13,572 bases of DNA from Rhodothermales bacterium. GTDB lineage: Bacteria; Bacteroidota; Rhodothermia; Rhodothermales; VXPQ01. Positions 6,511 through 13,196 of this stretch are shown in pieces (the stretch's first letter is position 1; each line of letters starts with the position of its first letter). The stretch lies in NCBI GenBank assembly GCA_040904565.1, contig JBBDTI010000002.1:1-13572 (forward strand), in the 5' to 3' direction. The notes under the pieces were generated by a model. The model searched no databases and was not told the origin of the DNA. It was given only the letters and a program-made list of their open reading frames with translations. Made by a program: the position numbers and the translations under genes.

Positions 6511-7881
6511 CTAAGCAGCCATAGCCTCCTGCTCGCGGCGGGCGGATCCGAGCACCGGGATGGGTTCGGTGGCCGGCTGCGGCAGCAAGGCCCGCAGCTG
6601 CTCGTCGAATTCGATCATGGCGTTGGCGCGCAGCAGGCGCACGGCGCGGTAGGCGCGGTTGCCTGCGATGCGGCGGCGTACGTCGCTCTGGTACCATCCG
6701 ACGATCCGCAGGGCGACGTCATGCCCGACCCTCTGCCCGACACCACGTTCGCCACCCTGACCGACACCCTGACCGACACCCTGACCGACAGCGCCCCCGC
6801 TGCCGTCCGTGCCCGAGACCACGTCCCCCGCGCCGTGCTCGCGCAGGAAGAGGGCGGCCTCGCTTTCATCCGGACCCAGAAAGAGGCACGGGCGGCCGGC
6901 CGCCATCGCCCCGTAGAGCTTGCTCGGCACGACGAGCCCGCAGGCGTCCCGCTCCATCGTGACGACGTGCAGGTCGCCTGCGCTGAGACTGTTCGCGAGG
7001 CGCTCGGACGGCTGCATGGGCAGCAGGCGGACGTTTTCGAGGTTGTCTCGCTCGATGCGCTCGGCGATCGCGCCGCGCTGCGGGCCGTCCCCGACCAGCA
7101 CGAAGCGGATGTCGGGATAGGCGCCCTTGATCTCCTCCGCCGCGTCGAGCAGCGGGTCGAAGGTGTGCGCGCGCCCCATGTTGCCGGAATACATCACGAC
7201 GAACTTGCCGTTCAGGTCGTTGTCGCGGCGGAAGGCGTTGAATCGGTGTTCGATGGGCCGGATGGACTGCAGCGGCCAGTTGGGGATGACGGCGACGCGA
7301 TCCGGGTCGACGCCGCGCCGCGCGAGCCGGTCTTCCATGCAGCGGCCGACGGCGATGACGAGATCCTTTCTTCGGAGGGCGGCCGACGACAGGCTGCGGA
7401 GCCCGCGCGCGACGACGCCGTCCCGCTTCATGACGCCCAGCGCCTCGGCCACGTCGGGGTAGAGATCCTGCGCCCAGTGGACCGTGCGCGAGCGGAAGAG
7501 GAAGCCCAGCACGGTCGCCATCACCAGGAGCAGCGGCGGATCCGTCTTGGCCACGACGACGTCGAAGCGGCCCAGAAAGAGCCCCCGCAGAAAGAGCGCC
7601 GGGTAGAGAAACAGGAAGGCGAAGAGCCGCTGGAGAAGAAATCCGCTGCCGACCGGGACGCCCTTCACGCGCACGACGCGGACGCCGCCGGAGAGGAAGG
7701 CGTCCTCGTCTTCCGAACCGGCCGGGCCGGTCAATACCGTCACCTGCCAGCCGCGCTGGACGAGGTTCACCGCCATGTCGCGCAGCAGCACGCCCGTCGC
7801 GCCGTTTGCCGGCGGATAGACGCGGTTGATGAACAGGACCGACGGGGAGCGTTCGTTTCGGAGGGCGTGGAGGGTCGACAT
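6511..7881 (-). CDS. Glycosyltransferase family 4 (WcaI/WbuB-like)
   Basis: INRVYPP, TDPP, WAQDLYPD, YSGNMGRAH, VGDG, VPSKLYGAMAAGRP. Carries a Gly-rich repeat insert near the C-terminus. Confidence 0.92.
   Translation of the reverse strand: MSTLHALRNERSPSVLFINRVYPPANGATGVLLRDMAVNLVQRGWQVTVLTGPAGSEDEDAFLSGGVRVVRVKGVPVGSGFLLQRLFAFLFLYPALFLRGLFLGRFDVVVAKTDPPLLLVMATVLGFLFRSRTVHWAQDLYPDVAEALGVMKRDGVVARGLRSLSSAALRRKDLVIAVGRCMEDRLARRGVDPDRVAVIPNWPLQSIRPIEHRFNAFRRDNDLNGKFVVMYSGNMGRAHTFDPLLDAAEEIKGAYPDIRFVLVGDGPQRGAIAERIERDNLENVRLLPMQPSERLANSLSAGDLHVVTMERDACGLVVPSKLYGAMAAGRPCLFLGPDESEAALFLREHGAGDVVSGTDGSGGAVGQGVGQGVGQGGERGVGQRVGHDVALRIVGWYQSDVRRRIAGNRAYRAVRLLRANAMIEFDEQLRALLPQPATEPIPVLGSARREQEAMAA
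6729..6790 (-). repeat. In-frame 12-bp tandem repeat encoding (VGQG)n
   Basis: caccctgaccga x3 perfect (6753-6788) plus two degenerate units toward 6729. Confidence 0.9.
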
Positions 7882-7898
7882 AAGCTTGGTGCGGATTC

Positions 7899-7927
7899 GC
7901 CAGGTATTGCTTTCACGGCCAGGTATT
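7899..7927. repeat. 10-bp direct repeat GCCAGGTATT x2 in intergenic region
   Basis: Copies at 7899-7908 and 7918-7927 (19-bp period) between the carbamoyltransferase and GT4 genes. Confidence 0.65.
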
Positions 7928-7954
7928 TGAACCGCCCGCGAGGGCCGTCACACA

Positions 7955-9841
7955 CTAGGCGGCGCGGCTTCCTATATCTGTTAGCGGGTCGTTTTTCGCT
8001 GCAGCGTGGGCTGCGGTCTCTTGTTTGGTCTTTTCGTTCGATGAGATATTGGGCAAACGACGTACCACGAGGTTGCCGATGACGAGTACGTCCATCCGCG
8101 TGCGCAGAAAGCAGTCGAGCGCTTCCTTCGGCGTGGCGACGATGGGTTCGTTTTCGTTGAAGCTGGTGTTCAGCAGCACGGGCACGTCCGTCAGCGCGGC
8201 GAACTCGGAGATGAGCTTGTGGAAGGTGGGGCTGGCGGTGCGGCTGACGGATTGCAGCCGTCCGCTGCCGTCGACGTGGGTGACGGCCGGGATCTCCGCG
8301 CGCTTGTCCGGCTGCACCGGATAGACCTGCTGCATGAAGGCGTCGGGGGCCGGGTCGACGAAGTAGTCCTGGAGAGCCTCCTCGAGAACGGCCGGGGCGA
8401 ACGGACGAAACAGTTCGCGAAATTTGATTTTCTGGTTGATGAGCTCGCGCACGTCGCTGCGCCGCGGGTCCGCCAGGATGCTGCGGTTACCGAGCGCCCG
8501 CGCCCCCCATTCCATCCGTCCCTGATACCATCCGACGACGGCGCCGTCGGCCAGCAGGCGGGCGACCTCGCGGCACGTGTCGTCCGTCGTTTCGAAGCGC
8601 TCGGAGGCGAAGCGGGAGTCGTCCCCGTGCGCCCGCGCCGTGCGGATGAACTCCCAGTCGTCGTGGTCGACGCTTACGGAAATGTTTTCCATCCCCTCGC
8701 CGGATGCTTCCGAGAAGGCATCGGGTCCCCAGTAGGCGTGATCCATCACGAACCGCCGCTCGCCGCCCAGCTCGTGCCACACGTGGGAGGCCGCTCCCAG
8801 CGCCGTGCCGTTGTCGCCCGCGGCGGGCTGAATGTAGAGGTTCTCGAAGGGCGTGTACGACCGGATTTTGCCGTTGGCGACGCTGTTCATCGCGCAGCCG
8901 CCGGCCAGCGCGAGGTTCGAGGTGCGGGTGCGCTCCCAGAGTCCGTTCAGGACGTGGAGGAAGGCCTCCTCGTAGACCACCTGCACGGAATGGGCGACGT
9001 CCATGTGGAACGTGCTTACCGTGTCGGATCCATCAAACGGGCGAGCCGGGCCCAGCAGCGCCTCCATTTCGTCGGAGAACACGCGCCCCAGCGTCGGGTA
9101 GCCGTCGTCCCAGTTCATATCCACGCCTTCGGAGCCGTGGAGGAAGTAGGTTAGGTCGAGCTCGAAGAGTCCGTCGTCCGTCGGCCGCACCAGCTGCCGG
9201 ATCTCATCGACGTACGCCGGCTTGCCGTAGGGCGCGAGGCCCATCACCTTATATTCGTCGCCGTAGTTGCGGAAGCCCAGGTACTGCGTCACGGCCGTGT
9301 AGAGCATCCCCAGCGAATGGGGGAAGAAGACGCGGTCGAGCACGTCGATCTCGGTGCCGCGACCGCGCGCCAGCGAGGTGCTGACGAAGTCGCCGAAGCC
9401 GTCGACGGCGCACACGGCGGCCTCCTCGAACGGGGAGACGAAGAAGGCGCTCGCGAGGTGTGCCGGATGGTGTTCGACGTTGTGCACCGGAGGGAGCTTC
9501 GCGACGCCCAGCACGCGGGCGAGCGGCGTCTCCACGTCGCCCAGCTTCTTGCGGTTGGAGAGCCGGTCGCGCAGGAGGTCGAGTCCGGGCCGGGTCTTCA
9601 GCACGTACCACGCCTTGCGCAGCAGGTGGGCGCGCGGATCGCGGCTGACGGCCACGTGGTCGACCTCCGACCCCGAGATGCCGGCGATGTCGAGGCAGGC
9701 GCGGATGGCCATGGACGGAAAGCCCGCCCAGTGCTTGACGCGGCGGTACCGTTCTTCTTCGACGGCGGCGACGACCTGTCCGTCCAGCAGCAGGACGGCC
9801 GATACGTCGCCGTGGTATGCGTTGATGCCCAGAATGTACAT
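7955..9841 (-). CDS. O-carbamoyltransferase, NodU/CmcH family
   Basis: ILGINAYHGD, EEER, HHPAH, DGFGD, KVMGLAPYG, GGCAMNSVANG, GDNG, GARALGNRS, KFRELFRPFAP, THVDGSGRLQ, LNTSFN. Confidence 0.95.
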   Translation of the reverse strand: MYILGINAYHGDVSAVLLLDGQVVAAVEEERYRRVKHWAGFPSMAIRACLDIAGISGSEVDHVAVSRDPRAHLLRKAWYVLKTRPGLDLLRDRLSNRKKLGDVETPLARVLGVAKLPPVHNVEHHPAHLASAFFVSPFEEAAVCAVDGFGDFVSTSLARGRGTEIDVLDRVFFPHSLGMLYTAVTQYLGFRNYGDEYKVMGLAPYGKPAYVDEIRQLVRPTDDGLFELDLTYFLHGSEGVDMNWDDGYPTLGRVFSDEMEALLGPARPFDGSDTVSTFHMDVAHSVQVVYEEAFLHVLNGLWERTRTSNLALAGGCAMNSVANGKIRSYTPFENLYIQPAAGDNGTALGAASHVWHELGGERRFVMDHAYWGPDAFSEASGEGMENISVSVDHDDWEFIRTARAHGDDSRFASERFETTDDTCREVARLLADGAVVGWYQGRMEWGARALGNRSILADPRRSDVRELINQKIKFRELFRPFAPAVLEEALQDYFVDPAPDAFMQQVYPVQPDKRAEIPAVTHVDGSGRLQSVSRTASPTFHKLISEFAALTDVPVLLNTSFNENEPIVATPKEALDCFLRTRMDVLVIGNLVVRRLPNISSNEKTKQETAAHAAAKNDPLTDIGSRAA

Positions 9842-9845
9842 GGCC

Positions 9846-10745
9846 TCAGGCGGCGCGCGGTATGCGTACCGTAATGGTGTGTGGGGTCGTTGGGGTGCGT
9901 GCGTCGAGAATTTCGGTGGGATCTTCGTGGTGGGTCTGGCCGCGCTCGCTCTGCTCCGCGCTGAGATACAGCGTCAGCAGCAGTTCGGCGTAGGTACGCT
10001 GGGCGGTGTACAGCCAGCCGGCCGGTCCGTCCAGGATCAGTCCCTTGCGAAAAAGGCAGTAGAGTGGGGTGAGCAGGGGCGCGATCCAGCGCTTCGCGCG
10101 CAGGCGGTCGACGAAACCGAGGGGGGTGGGCGCGGCGGACAGCTTCGCGGCCTCGTGCTCGGCGTAGCGCCGCTGGGCGTCGAGCCACGAAGCGATCGGC
10201 TTGCGGTCGTCGTGGAGGATGCGCGTGTTGATCGGCGCCGTGTCGCCGTCGAGCTGCAGCCGGTGCGCGTGGCCGTCCGCCGCGTAGCAGGCCATCGCGC
10301 GGCGAAAGAGGACGGTGCGCGGGGGATAGAGGCTGGCGCGGAGGGGCGTTCCATCCACACAGTACGTGAAGCGGGCCGTGTATCCGGCCACCTCGCTGTC
10401 CGCCTCGCTGGCCGCCTCGCTGTCCGCCTCGCTGGCCGTTTCGCCAACGAGCGACGCCATTTCCTCCACGAAGCCGTCCGCCAGCACGTAGTCGGCGTCG
10501 AGCGACAGCACCCATTCCGTCTCGATCTTCGTGAGGCCGAAGTTGCACTGGTCGGCGAAGGACTCGAAGGTCCGGTAGTAGACATCCACCCGAGAATCTT
10601 CCGCGAGGATGTCCAACGTCGCATCCGTCGAGAAGCTGTCCACCACCACGATGCGCCGCGCCCACGAGAGGCGGTCCAGCACTCGTTCGAGGTTGGCCTC
10701 TTCGTTGTAGGTGATCAGCAGCGGGGTGACGGATTCGAGCCGCAT
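9846..10745 (-). CDS. Glycosyltransferase family 2 (WaaE/KdtX-like)
   Basis: LITYNEEANL, VVVDSFSTDAT, DxD motif LSLDADY. Confidence 0.92.
   Translation of the reverse strand: MRLESVTPLLITYNEEANLERVLDRLSWARRIVVVDSFSTDATLDILAEDSRVDVYYRTFESFADQCNFGLTKIETEWVLSLDADYVLADGFVEEMASLVGETASEADSEAASEADSEVAGYTARFTYCVDGTPLRASLYPPRTVLFRRAMACYAADGHAHRLQLDGDTAPINTRILHDDRKPIASWLDAQRRYAEHEAAKLSAAPTPLGFVDRLRAKRWIAPLLTPLYCLFRKGLILDGPAGWLYTAQRTYAELLLTLYLSAEQSERGQTHHEDPTEILDARTPTTPHTITVRIPRAA
10391..10438 (-). repeat. In-frame 12-bp x4 (24-bp x2 perfect) tandem repeat encoding ASEADSEAASEADSE
   Basis: cctcgctgtccg / cctcgctggccg alternate twice. Confidence 0.9.
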
Positions 10746-10778
10746 GGGGCGAGGTGGGTGTGTGGTGGGTTGGCTGGA

Positions 10779-11963
10779 TCAGGCGGCCTTTACGGCAGGC
10801 AGATGGTCGGTGCGGGCCGCGACGGTTCCGGCGGAGGGCAGCCCCGCGTAGAGGCTAGTCAGTTTACCGGCGACGCGCGCCCACGTGAATTCGCGTTCGA
10901 TGAGGCGGCGGCCGTTGGCGCCGCGCTTGTGGCGCACGGTGTCGTGAAGGAGGGCGTCGCGCAGGTGACGGCGGACGTCCGACGGGTCGAGCGAGGTCAC
11001 CCAGCCGGCGTCGCCGCGCCGCACGTCGTGGGAGAGATCGACGTGCTCACTGACGAGCACCGGCGTGTGGGCGGCCATCGCTTCGGCGACGCAGATGCCG
11101 AAGTTTTCGTGGGAGGAGGTCAGCGCGAACAGCGACGCCTCGCGCAGCACCTGCGCCTTTTCGTCGCCGTCGACCCAGCCGGTAAAGAGGACCCGGTCCT
11201 GCACGCGTGCCCGGTAGATGATGTCGAGCAATTGCTTGACGTACCGCGGCTCGCCGTCGCCGGCGATGACGAGGCGCCAGTTGCGCAGCGGCTCTTCGCG
11301 CGTGACCTCGATGAAGGCGTCGATCAGGAGTTCGAGCCGCTTCTTCGGATGGATGCGGCTGAGAAAGAGGACGTACGGCGCCCCGCTCCCGTCGCGGCGG
11401 CGGTCGTTGATCTCGATGCCGTGCGGAATGACGACACCGCGGGAGAGTCCGCGCGACGATTCCACGTCCAGGCGCTCGGCCTCGGACGTGTAGTGGATCG
11501 CCGCGGCGCGTTCGAGCATTTGGCGGACGCCCAGGTGCCACGCGATCCGCTTGCGGATGGGTTTACGGTTCATGCTCCACGAGGAGAGGTTGCCGAGCGG
11601 GCGTACCACGTAGGGAACGCCGGCGTTACGCGCGGCCGCCGCGGCGGCGAGGCACGCATGGGAGAAGATGCCGTGGACGTGGACGACGTCGAAGGTGTGG
11701 ACGTGGGCGCGGAGCCAGGCGGAGAGTCCCGGGGCGTACTTGAAGGCCTCCGACCCTTTCCGGTCGAAGAAGATGGCGGGCACCCCCTCGAACGAGGTCT
11801 CGTCGCCGAGCGGCACCGGAAGATCCTTCGGTCCGTCCGCGTTCGTCGCGGCAAGGACTACCTCCACGCCGGACGCCAGGAGGGCGCGCGCCATGCCGAC
11901 GGCGGCCAGGCTGGGGCCGCCGTACCGGGCGGCAAGGGCCGGCACCACGTGGAGAGCTCGCAT
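10779..11963 (-). CDS. Glycosyltransferase family 4
   Basis: LHVVPALAARYGGP, DVVHVHG, VIPHGI, FLSRIHPKKRL, IAGDG, ENFGICVAEAMA (E-x7-E). Confidence 0.93.
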   Translation of the reverse strand: MRALHVVPALAARYGGPSLAAVGMARALLASGVEVVLAATNADGPKDLPVPLGDETSFEGVPAIFFDRKGSEAFKYAPGLSAWLRAHVHTFDVVHVHGIFSHACLAAAAAARNAGVPYVVRPLGNLSSWSMNRKPIRKRIAWHLGVRQMLERAAAIHYTSEAERLDVESSRGLSRGVVIPHGIEINDRRRDGSGAPYVLFLSRIHPKKRLELLIDAFIEVTREEPLRNWRLVIAGDGEPRYVKQLLDIIYRARVQDRVLFTGWVDGDEKAQVLREASLFALTSSHENFGICVAEAMAAHTPVLVSEHVDLSHDVRRGDAGWVTSLDPSDVRRHLRDALLHDTVRHKRGANGRRLIEREFTWARVAGKLTSLYAGLPSAGTVAARTDHLPAVKAA

Positions 11964-12013
11964 GTCGTGTGATCGCGCGAATCGTGAAGGTTACTCGTGT
12001 GGAGGGTCTCTTC

Positions 12014-12029
12014 CGCAAAAGGTGTGCCT
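12014..12029 (-). promoter_or_regulatory. Sigma54 (RpoN) -24/-12 promoter for the glycan operon
   Basis: Minus strand reads AGGCACACCTTTTGCG: GG-N10-GC with GGCAC and TTTGC cores, close to consensus TGGCACG-N4-TTGC. Lies 50 nt upstream of ATG 11963 in the correct orientation. Confidence 0.7.
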
Positions 12030-12080
12030 TTCGGGATTTCTGGGTGGATTTCTCGGAATGTCCCGGATCTGCGATTTCGG

Positions 12081-12105
12081 TCGTGTCCGGCGATCTCCTA
12101 CACGA
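12081..12105. promoter_or_regulatory. Inverted repeat TCGTGT-N13-ACACGA, candidate enhancer-binding-protein site
   Basis: TGT...ACA dyad centred about 90 bp upstream of the predicted sigma54 start site. Confidence 0.4.
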
Positions 12106-12187
12106 GAGCCCTCCTGTACCTGTCAAGCCGATCGCCGCGCGCGGGGTACACTCCGATACGATTCCTCTGATAGGACGCCATCACGCC

Positions 12188-12619
12188 ATGAACGCCGGAT
12201 ACAGAAACGCGGACATTATCGAGCTGCACGACGCGGGCGTCGTGATACACGTAGAGAACCTGCCCCGCGAGGAACTGGGGTGGCGGGATTCGCCCACGGT
12301 CGTCGGGAAGCGATTGTCTATCGCCGGCAATGAGCTGGGGCGGCTCCTCCACGCGGTCGGCATGTCGTTCGATGCGGACGCGCTCTACGACGACGAATTC
12401 GACGTGGTCTTTCATCGGCCCATGCGCCTCGGCGAGGAGAAGCTCGACGTCGCCCTGGAGGACACGCTTCGCATCAAGGAGCTCCTCGCACGGGTGGACG
12501 GGCCGCATCTGCTGCAGGTCCACGTGACGTCCCACGCCGCAGAGAGCGCGGACGAGTTCGTGCAGGAGCTGACCTATACCGGGAGCTTCACCGTGTGGTG
12601 GACGACGGCCGAGGGTTGA
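12188..12619 (+). CDS. Hypothetical protein (143 aa, acidic)
   Basis: Coding-like codon pattern from ATG 12188 (MNAGYRNADIIELHD...WWTTAEG). The upstream extension to 11969 overlaps the sigma54 promoter region. No family recognised. Confidence 0.7.
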   Translation: MNAGYRNADIIELHDAGVVIHVENLPREELGWRDSPTVVGKRLSIAGNELGRLLHAVGMSFDADALYDDEFDVVFHRPMRLGEEKLDVALEDTLRIKELLARVDGPHLLQVHVTSHAAESADEFVQELTYTGSFTVWWTTAEG

Positions 12620-12730
12620 GTGCCGTGTCTGCACGTCCGGCTGGCGGGTGCGATCGGAGATTGCGGTCGGCGGGTCGGGTCGGCGATTCCGGTCGGCCGG
12701 TCCGCCTTCGATCAAGCCATCAGGCATCTG

Positions 12731-12777
12731 TTATAAGTTGCATGCGTTTTGCATGTACATTGCATGCAACTTATAAT
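12731..12777 (+). promoter_or_regulatory. Sigma70-type promoter embedded in a perfect 15-bp inverted repeat (TA operator)
   Basis: TTATAAGTTGCATGC (12731-12745) / GCATGCAACTTATAA (12762-12776). -35 TTGCAT (12749-12754), 17 nt, -10 TATAAT (12772-12777). Confidence 0.8.
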
Positions 12778-12800
12778 GCACCTTCATGCGTGCACGCGGA

Positions 12801-12890
12801 CAGACGTGGCCTCAAGCAGACGTGGACGCAAGTGGCCGCAAGAAGACGTGGCCGTAAGCAGTCATGGTCGTAAGCAAGCGCGGCCGCAAG
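12801..12890 (+). repeat. Degenerate 16-bp tandem repeat (~5.5 units) in TA leader
   Basis: cagacgtggcctcaag, cagacgtggacgcaag, tggccgcaag, aagacgtggccgtaag, cagtcatggtcgtaag, caagcgcggccgcaag. Confidence 0.85.
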
Positions 12891-12910
12891 CGCGTCATCT
12901 ATCAATCCAC

Positions 12911-12951
12911 CATGGCAATCTCACGTGGAGAATCTCACATGGCGAATCTGA
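12911..12951 (+). repeat. Triplicated 13-14 bp start-codon region of the antitoxin
   Basis: catggcaatctca, cgtggagaatctca, catggcgaatctga. Confidence 0.75.
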
Positions 12952-13178
12952 CCGTAAAGAAACTCCCCGACGACCTCTACGAAAAGCTGAAAGAGCAGGC
13001 ACACGCACACCGCCGTTCCATCGCAGCGGAAACGACGGTCATTCTCGAACGCGCACTGGGCGAACGGTTGACGACGGAGTTCGATGTGTTTCATCGTGCG
13101 GCGCGGTTGAGAGGGGACTCCCGCGTCTATCTCACCGAGAACGAGCTAGCAGAGGCCGTCCGCCACGGACGGTCCTAA
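12939..13178 (+). CDS. FitA-like / Arc-family ribbon-helix-helix antitoxin (VapB type), 79 aa
   Basis: MANLTVKKLPDDLYEKLKEQAHAHRRSIAAE is a typical FitA-like RHH N-terminus. GGAG lies 8 nt before ATG 12939. Immediately upstream of a PIN gene. Confidence 0.88.
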   Translation: MANLTVKKLPDDLYEKLKEQAHAHRRSIAAETTVILERALGERLTTEFDVFHRAARLRGDSRVYLTENELAEAVRHGRS

Positions 13179-13196
13179 ATCGGCGGGACCGGATAC

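Noticed and set aside
5230-8082. 950-aa + strand ORF
   Set aside because: Antisense shadow of the WecA-like and GT4 genes, which share a reading register (39-bp gap). No recognisable motifs. Long antisense ORFs are expected in high-GC coding DNA.
9354-11972. 872-aa + strand ORF
   Set aside because: Antisense shadow of the GT2 and GT4 genes (33-bp gap keeps register). No domain signal.
11969-12187. N-terminal extension of the 216-aa ORF
   Set aside because: Would start 5 bp from the divergent GT4 ATG and run across its sigma54 promoter. Coding-like composition begins at 12188.
12640-12710. GGTCGG-rich low-complexity stretch
   Set aside because: No consistent period or stable hairpin that I can support.
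12864-12938. Longer 104-aa start for the antitoxin
   Set aside because: The extension derives from repeat arrays. The RHH beta-strand normally lies at the extreme N-terminus (MANLTVK).
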